From an uncultured Candidatus Rokubacteria bacterium (lineage in GTDB: Bacteria; Methylomirabilota; Methylomirabilia; Rokubacteriales; DASRDR01), in NCBI GenBank assembly GCA_963805625.1, contig CAWDVE010000013.1:64001-128000 (forward strand): a stretch of 64,000 bases of DNA, given 5' to 3'. The notes under the pieces were generated by a model that was given only the letters and a program-made list of their open reading frames with translations, had not been told where the DNA came from and searched no databases. The translations under genes and the position numbers were made by a program. The stretch's first letter is position 1. Every line of letters begins with the position of its first letter. This document shows positions 30,232-40,545 of the stretch, piece after piece.

Positions 30232-30545
30232 GCCGTCCCGGCGACTACTTCCGGCCACACTGGGACCGGCCGGTCGAGCCCGAGGATGACCTCACGAGAC
30301 GCCGGCGCATCTCCATCGTCGTCTTTCTGAACGGCACCGGCGAGCCGACGCTCCCGGAGACGTTCGACCGCGGGGCGCTGACGTTCTATGGGTCGCTCGA
30401 CGATCCCCGGCCCCGGGCCATCGGCTACCCCCTGCGCGCCGAGACCGGCCTCCTGGTCGCCTTCCGTTCGGACGTCCTCCACGAGGTCACGCCCGGGAGC
30501 CGTGGTGAGCGCCACTCGGTCGTCGCCTGGCTGGCCGAAACGTAG
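30232..30545 (+). pseudogene. C-terminal fragment of a 2OG-Fe(II) oxygenase (prolyl-hydroxylase-like)
   Basis: RPGDYFRPHWD (HxD), ISIVVFLN, LLVAFRSDVLHEVTP (H) and GERHSVVAW (R); N-terminal half and start absent. Confidence 0.75.
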
Positions 30546-30592
30546 CGCGGCCGCCTCCGGCAACGCTGCTAAGATGGGGTCGGACGACGGCC

Positions 30593-31558
30593 ATGCTCAT
30601 CACCTGCGTCGCCTACCAGGACGGCAAGCGGCTCGCAGAGATCACCCCGCACGAGATCCACGACTACGTGAGCCGGCCCGATTGCTTCGTCTGGGTGGCG
30701 CTCCGCGACGCGACCGACAGCGAGCTGGCGGAGATGCAGGAGGAGTTCGACCTCCACCCCCTCGCCGTGGAGGATGCCCGCCACGGGCACCAGCGGCCGA
30801 AGGTCGAGGAGTATGGGACCTCGCTCTTCACGGTGATCCAGACGATCGAGCCGGACGGCGACGACCTCCGCGTGGGCGAGGTGGCCGTTTTCGTCGGTCG
30901 GAACTACGTCCTCACCGTCCGTCACCGCAGCGAGCGCGGGTTCGCCGAGGTTCGCGCGCGATGTGAGCGGGAGCCCGAGCTCCTCCGCCATGGCTCCGGG
31001 TACGTCCTCTATGCCCTCATGGACGCGGTCGTGGACCGCTATTTCCCGGTGATCGACGCCCTCGAGGTCGAGCTCGAGCAGATCGAGGAGCGGATCTTCG
31101 CCGGCGGCGCCGCGCGTACCCAGGTCGAGGCGCTCTACGGCATCAAGCAGAAGCTCGTCACGCTGAAGCACGCGGTGGGGCCACTCCTCGAGGGGACCAG
31201 CAAGCTCCACGGCGGTCGCGTGCCGCAGGTGTGCACGGGCATGGGCGAGTACTTCCGGGACGTGTACGACCACCTGACGCGGCTCAACCAGTCGATCGAC
31301 GCGATCCGCGAGATGGTCACAATGGCCATGTCGGTGCACCTGTCCCTCAGCACCATGCAGGAGAACGAGACGACGAAGCGGCTGGCCGCCTACGCGGCGC
31401 TGATCGCCGTCCCGACGATGATCGCCGGCCTCTACGGCATGAACTTCGAGAACATGCCCGAGCTGCGTTGGAGCATGGGGTACCCGGTGGCGCTCCTGAT
31501 CATGGCGGTCATCGACGTCTACCTCTTCTTCCGCTTCCGCAAGACCGGCTGGCTGTGA
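30593..31558 (+). CDS. corA: magnesium/cobalt transporter CorA
   Basis: LHPLAVEDA..HQRPK and YGMNF..MPEL motifs; two C-terminal TM helices. Confidence 0.95.
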   Translation: MLITCVAYQDGKRLAEITPHEIHDYVSRPDCFVWVALRDATDSELAEMQEEFDLHPLAVEDARHGHQRPKVEEYGTSLFTVIQTIEPDGDDLRVGEVAVFVGRNYVLTVRHRSERGFAEVRARCEREPELLRHGSGYVLYALMDAVVDRYFPVIDALEVELEQIEERIFAGGAARTQVEALYGIKQKLVTLKHAVGPLLEGTSKLHGGRVPQVCTGMGEYFRDVYDHLTRLNQSIDAIREMVTMAMSVHLSLSTMQENETTKRLAAYAALIAVPTMIAGLYGMNFENMPELRWSMGYPVALLIMAVIDVYLFFRFRKTGWL

Positions 31559-31749
31559 GCGCCGACTGGCGCAGCAGCTCTTCCGCCCGCCGCGTGTATG
31601 GCCCGTTTCGCCGCGACGGGGCGATGCCGGGCGAGACCTCGCACGCGTCAATATCCCCGTGAGGGATCGGTGATGTTGATGAACGGCGGGCCGTCCAGGA
31701 GTCGGCGTTCTCCCACTTGCCGACCGGGGCGAGTGCCATCGGTCAATCC

Positions 31750-32349
31750 CTAGACGGCAGCCTGGGGCGGCCCTTCCATCTGTGCGATGACGCGAGTGGC
31801 CGGCATCACTTCTATCGGCCTTCGCGGGTGGATCAGATTCTGCCACACCCAGTTGTGGTGCCGGATGACGGACAGCGAGTCCACGTGCGGCCGGTCCGCG
31901 GTCGTGTGCCCGTCCTCCACCACGACGATCTCGTAGTCCCGGCTGGCCGCCGCCCGCACCGTCGTGTCCACGCAGAAGTCCGTCGCGCAGCCCGTGACGA
32001 GCAGCCGCGTCACGCGGTGCTTGTCGAGCACTTCGGCCAGGTCCGTCTCGTAGAACGCATCGCAGGCGCGCTTGGGCACCACGAGGTCGCCTTCCTCTCG
32101 CCGCAGCGACGGGAGGATCTTCCACCCCTCACGCCCGGGCTCGAACACGTCACCCGGAGGTCCGTCGTGCTGGATGAAGATGACGATCCCCCCTTCCCGG
32201 CGGACCGCCCTCGCGAGGGCATTGATCCGCTCGACGACGCCCTCCGCATCGTGCCGGGGCGTGTCCGCCCCGAAGAGGCCGACCTGCATCTCGATCACGA
32301 GGAGTGCCGCTCCGGTGAACGGCGAGGGCAGAGCACCGCGCTCGATCAT
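31750..32349 (-). CDS. isochorismatase/cysteine hydrolase family protein
   Basis: ALLVIEMQ (Asp replaced by Glu), K..CDAF and GCATDFCVDTT motifs. Confidence 0.88.
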   Translation of the reverse strand: MIERGALPSPFTGAALLVIEMQVGLFGADTPRHDAEGVVERINALARAVRREGGIVIFIQHDGPPGDVFEPGREGWKILPSLRREEGDLVVPKRACDAFYETDLAEVLDKHRVTRLLVTGCATDFCVDTTVRAAASRDYEIVVVEDGHTTADRPHVDSLSVIRHHNWVWQNLIHPRRPIEVMPATRVIAQMEGPPQAAV

Positions 32350-32356
32350 GGCACGC

Positions 32357-32492
32357 TCACTCCCCGATCAGCTGATCCGCCCGGGCCAGCACGGACGACG
32401 GAATCCCAGTCCGAGGGCCTTCGCGGTCTTGGTTGATCACCAACTCGAACCGTGTCGCTTGCTGGATGGGCAGGTCCACCGGCTTCGCGCTC
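32357..32492 (-). pseudogene. C-terminal remnant of an ABC_sub_bind substrate-binding protein
   Basis: AKPVDLPIQQATRFELVIN-(frameshift)-KTAKALGLGIPSSVLARADQLIGE*. Confidence 0.85.
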
Positions 32493-32497
32493 TCGTT

Positions 32498-33484
32498 TCA
32501 GAGGTAGACGCCGCGGAGCTGCGCGTCGGGGTAGCGACCACCCTTCGCCGCGCCCGAGGGCATGGCCTCGTCGAGCCGCCCGCGGTCGTCGGCAGACAGC
32601 CGGACGCCCAGCGCGCCCAGGTTCTCCTCGAGATACGCGATCCGCTTGGTGCCGGGGATCGGGACGATGTCGTTCCCCTGGACGAGGAGCCACGCCAGGA
32701 CGAGCTGGGACGGCGCCACACCCTTCTCCCGCGCGATCGCCTCGATCCGGCCGACGAGCCGGCGGTTGTGGTCGAAGTTCTCGCCCTGGAAGCGGGGGTG
32801 CTGGCGCTTCCGGTCGTCCTCGGGAATCTCGGCCGCGGTCTGGATGCGGCCCGAGAGGAATCCCCGCCCCAGCGGCGAGTACGCCACGAACGTGATCCCG
32901 AGTTCGCGGCAGGCCGCCAGCGCCTCCTCCGCCGGTTGCCGGTAGAGGAGCGAGTACTCGAGCTGAACCGCACTGATCGGATGGATGGCGTGCGCCCGCC
33001 GGATCGTGGCCGGGGCGGCCTCGGACAGACCGAGGCACCGCACCTTCCCCCGCTCGACCAGCCGGGCCATGGCACCCACCGTCTCCTCGATCGGCACCTT
33101 GGGGTCGACGCGGTGCTGGTAGTAGAGGTCGATCTCGTCGACGCCGAGGCGCCGGAGGCTCGCGTCGCAGGCCCGGAGGACGTAGTCCGGCCGACCGTCA
33201 ACTAGGTTGGCGCCGTCGGGGCTCCGCACCTGGCCGAACTTGGTGGCCAGGACCACGCCGGCCCGCCGGCCCCGGAGCGCGCGCCCGACCAGCTCCTCGT
33301 TGTGTCCCCACCCGTACATGTCGGCGGAGTCGAGCAGGGTAATTCCGAGATCGAGCGCGCGGTGGATCACGGCGATCGACTGCGCATCGTCGCCCTTCCC
33401 GTAGGTGCCGGACATCGACATGCAGCCGAGGCCCAGGGCCGACACCGTCAGCGTGCTGTGGCCGAGCTTTCGATGCTCCATCAC
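32498..33484 (-). CDS. aldo/keto reductase
   Basis: [31 protein letters not shown] and PIPGTK motifs. Confidence 0.95.
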   Translation of the reverse strand: MMEHRKLGHSTLTVSALGLGCMSMSGTYGKGDDAQSIAVIHRALDLGITLLDSADMYGWGHNEELVGRALRGRRAGVVLATKFGQVRSPDGANLVDGRPDYVLRACDASLRRLGVDEIDLYYQHRVDPKVPIEETVGAMARLVERGKVRCLGLSEAAPATIRRAHAIHPISAVQLEYSLLYRQPAEEALAACRELGITFVAYSPLGRGFLSGRIQTAAEIPEDDRKRQHPRFQGENFDHNRRLVGRIEAIAREKGVAPSQLVLAWLLVQGNDIVPIPGTKRIAYLEENLGALGVRLSADDRGRLDEAMPSGAAKGGRYPDAQLRGVYL

Positions 33485-33563
33485 CTGCCCCGTCGTGCTG
33501 GCGCCGCGAGCCGGGGAATCGGATGGCCCATTGGACGGCCTTCAGCCTGTGAGCCCCGGGAGC

Positions 33564-33977
33564 TCACCCCTTGTCCGGCTCCGAGCCGCGATCGAGCCGG
33601 AGCGCCGCCGAGTTGATGCAGTAGCGGAGCCCGGTCGGCTGGGGCCCATCGTCGAAGACGTGGCCCAAATGCCCCTCGCACCGGGAGCAGAGCACCTCCG
33701 TCCGCGTCATGAAGAAGCTGCGGTCGGTGTGGGTCTCCACGGCGGCGCCGTCCACGGGCTCCCAGAAGCTCGGCCACCCCGTCCCCGAGTCGAACTTGGT
33801 GCCCGACGCGAAGAGGGGCGCGCCGCATCCCGCGCACTTGTAGACACCCTCGTCCTTCGCGTCATGGTACTCGCCGGTGAAGGCCCGCTCCGTTCCGTGT
33901 TTCCGCAGGACCCGGTACTGCTCCGGCGTCAGGTGCTTGCGCCACTCCTCGTCGCTTCGAACGACCTTGTCACTCAT
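33564..33977 (-). CDS. msrB: peptide-methionine (R)-S-oxide reductase
   Basis: [34 protein letters not shown] and RYCINS motifs; GGAGG RBS. Confidence 0.96.
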   Translation of the reverse strand: MSDKVVRSDEEWRKHLTPEQYRVLRKHGTERAFTGEYHDAKDEGVYKCAGCGAPLFASGTKFDSGTGWPSFWEPVDGAAVETHTDRSFFMTRTEVLCSRCEGHLGHVFDDGPQPTGLRYCINSAALRLDRGSEPDKG

Positions 33978-34000
33978 CGAAGAGCCTCCTTGTGCGCGGC

Positions 34001-34744
34001 TCACAGCTCCGGTGTGCGCGTGTCGATCCGAAAGGCGGTGCCAACCGGCTCGACGGGCCCCACGGGCAGTCCCAGGTCCCGGCCGGGCCCGAGGTCGATC
34101 GCCAGCGGCCCCTCCTCCAGGTCCGGCGCGATCTCCGCCACGATCCGCATCGGAGACCCCGGCCACCGAAACACCAGCTCGCCTTCCGTCGAGTGGGCCA
34201 GGGTCCCGCCAAGCGCGCGCTCCCACTGGAGACGCGCCCGCACCACCGACCGCGCCCGCGTCCGGAGTCCGAGGACCCGAGCCTGGGGCGGCGGCGCCGC
34301 CGGGCCCGGCGGCACCTCCCGGGGTCGCCGGCCGTAGCGGCCGCCGGATTGACCCAGCTGGACGACGACGCCAAGGGCCTCCTTGGGATGGAGGTACGCC
34401 ACCAGCCAGTCGGAGTCCGTCTCGTCGCGCCCGACCAGCCGGTAGCCCTGGGCCTCGGCGCGGGCGGCAGCATCGGCGAGACTCGACACCTTGAAGGTCA
34501 CATGATGGAGCCCCGGTCCGCGCGCCGCGAGGAATCGGTGGAGGAAGCCGTCGACACCTGCCGGCTCGATCACCTCGATGCAGCCCCCGCCCTCGAAGCT
34601 CCACGCCGCCCACCGAAAGCCGCCGCCGGGCCCGCCCGAATGCGGAAGGCCCCCCAGCCGGCCGACGAGGACCTCGGTGGCGTCGGCCATCCGCTCCATC
34701 CCGATGGCGATGTGATCGAACTTCGTCCGCGACCCAATGTTCAT
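34001..34744 (-). CDS. VOC/glyoxalase family (methylmalonyl-CoA epimerase-like) protein
   Basis: [24 protein letters not shown] and YLHPK..GVVVQL motifs. Confidence 0.85.
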   Translation of the reverse strand: MNIGSRTKFDHIAIGMERMADATEVLVGRLGGLPHSGGPGGGFRWAAWSFEGGGCIEVIEPAGVDGFLHRFLAARGPGLHHVTFKVSSLADAAARAEAQGYRLVGRDETDSDWLVAYLHPKEALGVVVQLGQSGGRYGRRPREVPPGPAAPPPQARVLGLRTRARSVVRARLQWERALGGTLAHSTEGELVFRWPGSPMRIVAEIAPDLEEGPLAIDLGPGRDLGLPVGPVEPVGTAFRIDTRTPEL

Positions 34745-34790
34745 TCGACCGTGTAGTGTACGCCATGCCACGTCGGCTATAGTGTTCGAC

Positions 34791-35528
34791 GTGGCTCGCA
34801 CCCCCGCCGATCTCCGAGAGACCATCGAGCGCGCCATCGCCGAGACCGAGGAGCCGGTCACCCGGACCGAGCCGGTCCCGACCGAGTCCGTGAGGCTCGT
34901 CGCGGAGCCGGTGATCCTGGTCACCGGGTACGAGCCGTTCGGGATCCACGCAGTCAATCCATCGCAGGAGGTGGCGAAGATCCTGGATGGCCGGCGGATC
35001 GGAAATTGCGCCGTCGCGAGCGCGATCCTGCCGGTCCATCACCTCGAGGCCTCGCGCCACGTGTCCGTCCTCCTCGAGGAGATGGCGCCCGTGGCCGTCG
35101 TCCACCTGGGCCTGGCCGAGGGCCGGGCACGACTGGCTCTCGAGCGGGCCGCCCTCAACGTGATGGACTACCGCATCGCCGACAACGCCGGATACCGGGC
35201 CGAGGGCGAGCCCTGCGTCCCCGAGGGGCCCGCCGCGTACTTCGCCACGCTCCCGTTGCCCGAGATCCTTGCCGCTCTGGCGGCGGAGGGCATCCCCGCC
35301 TACGTGTCGAACACCGCCGGGACGTTTCTCTGCAACCAGACCTTCTACGGAACGCTCCACGAGATCGCGATGCGCGAGCTGACCGCCCGGGCGGGGTTCA
35401 TCCACCTCCCGCTCCTCCCCGCCATGGTCGCTGCCAGCGGGACCGATCAGCCGAGCATGGACCTCCCGCTCATGCTCCGCGGCGTCGAGACGGTGCTGCG
35501 GATCGTTGCCGAGACCGTCGCCCCGTAA
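34791..35528 (+). CDS. pcp: pyroglutamyl-peptidase I, with N-terminal extension
   Basis: [31 protein letters not shown] and GFIHLP motifs (Glu/Cys/His triad). Confidence 0.92.
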   Translation: MARTPADLRETIERAIAETEEPVTRTEPVPTESVRLVAEPVILVTGYEPFGIHAVNPSQEVAKILDGRRIGNCAVASAILPVHHLEASRHVSVLLEEMAPVAVVHLGLAEGRARLALERAALNVMDYRIADNAGYRAEGEPCVPEGPAAYFATLPLPEILAALAAEGIPAYVSNTAGTFLCNQTFYGTLHEIAMRELTARAGFIHLPLLPAMVAASGTDQPSMDLPLMLRGVETVLRIVAETVAP

Positions 35529-35553
35529 CGGTGACCGTGAGAGGAGCTCGCCC

Positions 35554-36264
35554 GTGACGACAGGGCTCCGGAAGGGCCGGGCGCTCGCCATCCTCTGGGC
35601 CGAGGTGCCGGCGGCTCGCCGCGCGGACCTCGAGGCCTGGGCGGCGAGCGAGCCCCTCGCGCCCACCGATCCCGCGGTAGGGGTGCTGGCCGTCGGGCGC
35701 TATGCCGGCATCTCGGGCGCGCCGGCCTTCCTGGAGATCCACGAGCTCCTGAGCGACGACGCGACGGTGGTGGCCGCCAGCGGGGGCCTCATGTCGGCAA
35801 CACTTCGCGCGCTCGAGCGCCTCGGCGCCACGATCTTCCCGGGCGGCGCCCCCGCCGAGCCCGGCGGGTCGCGCCCGGGCTCCGTCGGTCCCGCCGGCGT
35901 CTACGGCCAGATCTTCCCGCCCGGGATCGACGAGCGGGCGGCCGTGCATGGGCTGCCGCCGGCGCTCCAGATCGGGCGGATCGACATCCCGCCCGCGCAT
36001 GAGGACGAGTTCAACGAGTGGTACAACACCGAGTACCTGATCGGCAACATGACGGTGAACGGGGTCTACTCGGCGCGCCGCTATCTGAACCGCGGGACCG
36101 GGCCCCGCTACCTCACCGTCTACGAGTTCGCCCACCCCGAGGTGAGCCGGCAGCCGGCCTGGGACCGCGCGCGCGCCCAGTCAGTCTGGCGGCGCCGGAT
36201 CGAGCGCCTCTGGGCCCACGCCCCCGGCTCGCCCGGTATCTACCGTCGTCTGACCGCGCGCTGA
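35554..36264 (+). CDS. DUF4286/EthD-like dimeric alpha-beta barrel protein
   Basis: GAGGAG RBS; [18 protein letters not shown]...ARRY...PRYLTVYE. Confidence 0.7.
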   Translation: MTTGLRKGRALAILWAEVPAARRADLEAWAASEPLAPTDPAVGVLAVGRYAGISGAPAFLEIHELLSDDATVVAASGGLMSATLRALERLGATIFPGGAPAEPGGSRPGSVGPAGVYGQIFPPGIDERAAVHGLPPALQIGRIDIPPAHEDEFNEWYNTEYLIGNMTVNGVYSARRYLNRGTGPRYLTVYEFAHPEVSRQPAWDRARAQSVWRRRIERLWAHAPGSPGIYRRLTAR

Positions 36265-36292
36265 TTGGCCGAACGGCGCGGCTGGAGCTCAC

Positions 36293-37378
36293 GTGACGAT
36301 CGCGGCCGTCGAGGTGGGTCACTACCGCGTCCCGCTTCCGGTCGTGCTCTCCGACTCGACGCACGGAGAGATCGCGTACTTCGACTTGGTGACGGCGCGC
36401 GTCCGCACGGCCGACGGCGGGGAGGGTCTCGGCTACACCTACACGGTCGGCGCCGGGGCCGCGGCCATCCGGGCGCTCCTCGGTGACCTCGTGCCGCTCC
36501 TTCTCAGCCAGGACGCCGAGCGGATCGAGGCGCTCTGGCAGCGGACGTGGTGGGGCTGCCACTACGTGGGACGGGGTGGCCTCGCCGCCTTCGCGATCTC
36601 GGCGGTGGACATCGCCCTCTGGGATCTCCGCGCGCGCCGCCGCGGACTCCCGCTCTGGAGGCTCCTCGGCGGCCACCATCCGCGAGTGAAGGCTTATGCC
36701 GGCGGGATCGATCTCCAGTTCCCGCTCGATCGGCTCCTTCGCCAGACCGACGAGAAGGTCGGCCGAGGCTTCCGCGCGATCAAGATGAAGGTGGGCCGCC
36801 CTCGCCTCCGCGAGGACGTCGAGCGCGTCAGCGCGATGCGGGAGCATCTGGGTCCCGATGTCCCTCTGATGGTCGACGCCAACATGCGCTGGACGGCGGA
36901 CGAGGCGATTCGCGCCGCCCGCGCGCTCGGCGCCCACGACGTCTTCTGGCTGGAGGAGCCGACGATCCCGGACGACGTTCCCGGGCACGTGCGAATCGTA
37001 CGCGAGGGCAGGCTCCCCGTCGCCGCGGGCGAGAACCTCCGGACGATCCACGAGTTCAAGCGTCTGATCGACGCCGGCGGCGTGACGTTCCCCGAGCCCG
37101 ACGTCTCGAACGTGGGCGGCGTCACGGCCTGGATCAAGGTGGCGCACGTCGCCGAGGCGCACAACCTGCCGGTCACCTCCCACGGCGTTCACGATCTCCA
37201 CGTCCACCTTCTGGCCGCGGTGCCGAACGCCTCGTATCTCGAGGTCCACGGCTTCGGGCTCGAGCGGTTCATCGCGCATCCCCTCGAGATCCGGGACGGC
37301 GAGGCGATCGCCCCCGACCGCCCGGGTCACGGGGTGGAATTCGACTGGGAGGGCCTCGAAGGCCTCCGGGTCACCTGA
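36293..37378 (+). CDS. mandelate racemase/muconate lactonizing enzyme family protein
   Basis: SAVDIALWD, KMK, MVDAN, WLEEP, AGEN and SHG motifs. Confidence 0.93.
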   Translation: MTIAAVEVGHYRVPLPVVLSDSTHGEIAYFDLVTARVRTADGGEGLGYTYTVGAGAAAIRALLGDLVPLLLSQDAERIEALWQRTWWGCHYVGRGGLAAFAISAVDIALWDLRARRRGLPLWRLLGGHHPRVKAYAGGIDLQFPLDRLLRQTDEKVGRGFRAIKMKVGRPRLREDVERVSAMREHLGPDVPLMVDANMRWTADEAIRAARALGAHDVFWLEEPTIPDDVPGHVRIVREGRLPVAAGENLRTIHEFKRLIDAGGVTFPEPDVSNVGGVTAWIKVAHVAEAHNLPVTSHGVHDLHVHLLAAVPNASYLEVHGFGLERFIAHPLEIRDGEAIAPDRPGHGVEFDWEGLEGLRVT

Positions 37379-37474
37379 TCGAGTCGCATTCCGCTCCAAG
37401 CCGAACCGACGACTCCTACGGCCTGTACGATCGAGTCATAATGTGATACTTCACGGTAACTTATACATCATACC

Positions 37475-38458
37475 GTGCGAGGCACCTGGACCGTGTTGAT
37501 CGACTCGGACGACCTGCCCATCGTCGACGCTCACCAGCACTTCTGGAATCTGTCGCTCGGCAAGCACCCCTGGCTCCGGGACGAGCCGCCTCCGCCCTTC
37601 CGCTACGGCGACACGCGGCCGCTCCGGCGCGACTACCTGCCTGCCGACTACCGGGCCGACATACGGGGCCATCGGGTCGTCGGCACGGTCTACGTGGAAA
37701 CCGAGTGGGATCCGGCGGACCCCGTCGCCGAGACGCGTTGGGTGGAGAAGCTGGCGGCCAAGGAGGGGCTCCCGAGTGCCGTGGTCGCCCAGGCGCGGCT
37801 CGACGGGGCCGACGGCGAGGAGATCCTCGCCCGCCAGGCCGCTTGCCCGTTCGTGCGCGGCATCCGTCACAAGCCTCGGGCCGCGCCATCGCCCGACGCG
37901 GTCGTCCCAGGTGCCCCGGGCTCGATGGGCGACCCACGCTGGCGCGTGGGATACGCGCGACTCGCGCGCCACGGTCTCTCCTTCGATCTCCAAACCCCTT
38001 GGTGGCACCTGCGTGAGGCGACGGCGCTGGCCCGCGCGTTCCCCGACACCCTCATCATCCTGAACCACACGGGCCTGCCGGCCGACCGCAGCCCGGAGGG
38101 CCTGCTCGGCTGGCGAGAGGCGATGGCAACGCTCGCCGCCCAGCCGAACGTCGCCGTCAAGATCTCCGGGCTCGGCGTGCCCGGGCGGCCCTGGACCGCA
38201 GAGTCGAACCGCGAGGTGGTCCTGCGAACCATCGATCTCTTCGGCGTCGGCCGCGCGATGTTCGCGTCGAACTTCCCTGTGGATCGCCTCGTCGCGAGCT
38301 TCGACACGATCTACGCAGGCTTCAAGGCGATCGTCCGCGACTTTCCCCTGTCCGACCGGCGCCGCCTCTTCCACGACAACGCCGTACGGCTCTACCGGTT
38401 GCTGCCCCCCCGCCCCTCGGCGCCAGCCGGCGATGCGCGTCAGCGCTCGGGGGCGTAG
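37475..38458 (+). CDS. amidohydrolase_2 family protein (lactonase-like)
   Basis: DAHQHFW, LNHTG, PNVAVKISG and MFASNFPVD motifs. Confidence 0.9.
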   Translation: MRGTWTVLIDSDDLPIVDAHQHFWNLSLGKHPWLRDEPPPPFRYGDTRPLRRDYLPADYRADIRGHRVVGTVYVETEWDPADPVAETRWVEKLAAKEGLPSAVVAQARLDGADGEEILARQAACPFVRGIRHKPRAAPSPDAVVPGAPGSMGDPRWRVGYARLARHGLSFDLQTPWWHLREATALARAFPDTLIILNHTGLPADRSPEGLLGWREAMATLAAQPNVAVKISGLGVPGRPWTAESNREVVLRTIDLFGVGRAMFASNFPVDRLVASFDTIYAGFKAIVRDFPLSDRRRLFHDNAVRLYRLLPPRPSAPAGDARQRSGA

Positions 38459-40293
38459 ACGCGAACGGGCGTCCATCGCCAACGTTCGACGAAAGTCCAG
38501 CCGCGCCAGGCGAGCGGGCCGTCAGGATCGCGCCCGACGACGAGCACCGCGCACGGGCGGTCCTCGAACGACCGCGCGAGCCGCCCGGAAGCGTTCTCCA
38601 CCAGCACGTGCTCCAGCCGTACCGCCTCGCCGATCCGCGTCCGGAGCAGCGGCCAGAACGGGTACTCAAAACCGTCCCAGTCGAGGACCAGGCCCACTCG
38701 CCCGCATCGCATGTCACGCACGACATCCACCGCAGCTCCGTAGACGGGGTAGAGCTTGGGGTGGTTTCGGAACCGCTGAGCCTCTCGCGGCAGCGTGAGC
38801 ACGCTACCAGGACCGACGAGAGCGCGGGGCCACGTCACGCCGAGGCTCGGCAGGGCGACCAGGCAGAAGACTGTGGCCCACGTTGCGGCGAGACGGCGGC
38901 GGCCCTCGAACGCAATGCCGATCAGAGGGCTCGCCAGAACGAACAGGGGAAGGTGCAGCCGGCTGTTCCACGGTTGCCACTTCAGGGCGACCGCGAACGC
39001 GATCGCGCTCGCCACGCTCAGAAAAGCCCAGCCGCGCACCGGTATGGGGAACGCCTCGCGACGACGCCAGATGATCACGACGGCTACGAGAGCCGCCAGG
39101 AACTGGAGCGGGTTGCCAACGAAGTCCTCGTGGAGGATGACGGGCCCGACCTGGAACCGTGGGAATGGGCCGCCGAGGGTGGTCCGGCTGTCGTTCGGGT
39201 CGAAGCCCATCACCCGATGGATGCCGACGATGGCGTACTCGACCCAACCGTTCACACGCTCTGAGGGCCCAGCCAAATGAAGCGTCGCGTTGCGCAGGAC
39301 ATTCGACACAACCGCGCGAGGGTCAAGCGTCCTGTTGACGTACGTGGTCCAGATGGGCGGCAGCTGGTCGGGACTGCCCGCTACACGGGTGGGCACGGCC
39401 GACGCGTCACCCACCAACGGCAATGTCCGGCTGATGTGCCCCGCGTTCAGCGTCACGACGCTCAGGACCACCGCCAGCACGGAGTGCAAGGCCCGTCGGC
39501 GACCGAGCGGGAGGGCGATTGCCACGAAGGCGATGAGCCACGGGACCGCAAGAAACGACGCCGGAAGCTTCGTCAGCGCTGCGAGCCCAACGCTGCTCCC
39601 GACCAGGGTCGCCGTGCCCACCCCTGGCGCCGCGCGGAACCGCAGCACCCAGTAGCCGAGTGAGAGGAGCCAGAAGCTCGCGACAAGGTCGTTCTGGGTG
39701 CTGCTCGCCTGGGCGATGGCCATTGGAAGAGTCGCGCAGGCCACCGCCGCCAGCCCGCGCGCCCGTCGGGCGCCGCCGAGCTCGCCGGCTACGATGGCGG
39801 AGCCTACTGCGCAGCCGGCGAACACCAGCCACTGCACGAGGTTCGCCAGGCGGTCGCCGCCAGTCAGGAGATACAGGTGCATGATCGCGAACTCGGCCCA
39901 GGGCCCCGACCAGAGCTGACGCAGGATGTGCGTCGGGTAGTGAGCGACCGATCCGTTCTGGCTCCAGTGTGCGACCCGGGGCATGTGATACGTCATCGAG
40001 TCCCAGTTGTTCGGCGGCGCCAGCATCGCGATGACTCCGGTCACCACGAGGATCGCTCCGACCGCCCACGTCGCCCCTCGAGGCATCGGCCCCGCACGCG
40101 CGGCCGGCTCGCGGGGACGGAGTCCGCGGAAGGCCCATACCCCGATCCCGACCGCGAAGGCCCAGCTCGCGGCGAGCCATGCCGGCGTGAGGTGATGCCA
40201 GAGGCTCAGACCTTCGGTGATCAGCGTCAACGCCACGCCGAACGCCGCGGCGCCAAGGAAAAGCCCGTGGCCGGCCATCGTCTTGTGACCCAT
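38440..40293 (-). CDS. GT-C fold (family 39/ArnT-like) membrane glycosyltransferase
   Basis: Multiple TM segments; PPNNWDSMTYHMPRVAHW, QASSTQNDL, LTK and KWQPWNSRL motifs. Confidence 0.8.
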   Translation of the reverse strand: MGHKTMAGHGLFLGAAAFGVALTLITEGLSLWHHLTPAWLAASWAFAVGIGVWAFRGLRPREPAARAGPMPRGATWAVGAILVVTGVIAMLAPPNNWDSMTYHMPRVAHWSQNGSVAHYPTHILRQLWSGPWAEFAIMHLYLLTGGDRLANLVQWLVFAGCAVGSAIVAGELGGARRARGLAAVACATLPMAIAQASSTQNDLVASFWLLSLGYWVLRFRAAPGVGTATLVGSSVGLAALTKLPASFLAVPWLIAFVAIALPLGRRRALHSVLAVVLSVVTLNAGHISRTLPLVGDASAVPTRVAGSPDQLPPIWTTYVNRTLDPRAVVSNVLRNATLHLAGPSERVNGWVEYAIVGIHRVMGFDPNDSRTTLGGPFPRFQVGPVILHEDFVGNPLQFLAALVAVVIIWRRREAFPIPVRGWAFLSVASAIAFAVALKWQPWNSRLHLPLFVLASPLIGIAFEGRRRLAATWATVFCLVALPSLGVTWPRALVGPGSVLTLPREAQRFRNHPKLYPVYGAAVDVVRDMRCGRVGLVLDWDGFEYPFWPLLRTRIGEAVRLEHVLVENASGRLARSFEDRPCAVLVVGRDPDGPLAWRGWTFVERWRWTPVRVYAPER

Positions 40294-40437
40294 GCGCGCT
40301 CTGCCCGAGGGCTCCGGGACGTCCCAATCTAGCGCATGCGCGACCCGAGATCGCCGCGCCCGGAGGGCCGGAGAGCCGGCCGACCATTGCCGCTGACCGC
40401 GCGTCAGCCATTGGAGCCTCGCGTCGGCGAAAGCCCA

Positions 40438-40467
40438 TTGACACCCGGGGCGGCGCCGGGAAACGAT
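40438..40467 (+). promoter_or_regulatory. sigma70-like promoter of the second ABC operon
   Basis: TTGACA-N18-AACGAT upstream of a GAGGAG RBS. Confidence 0.45.
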
Positions 40468-40545
40468 TGGGGCGACCAGTCCATGTGCGGCGGCGGTCGC
40501 GCGGGCAGGGTCACGGACGAGACGTCCACCTGAGGAGACCGAGCC

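Noticed and set aside
33564-35666. Apparent 700-aa MsrB fusion, and the similar 868-aa (38440-41046) and 740-aa (27988-30210) ORFs
   Set aside because: The upstream parts are off-frame or antisense to real genes; true starts with RBS or coupling lie at 33977, 40293 and 29419.
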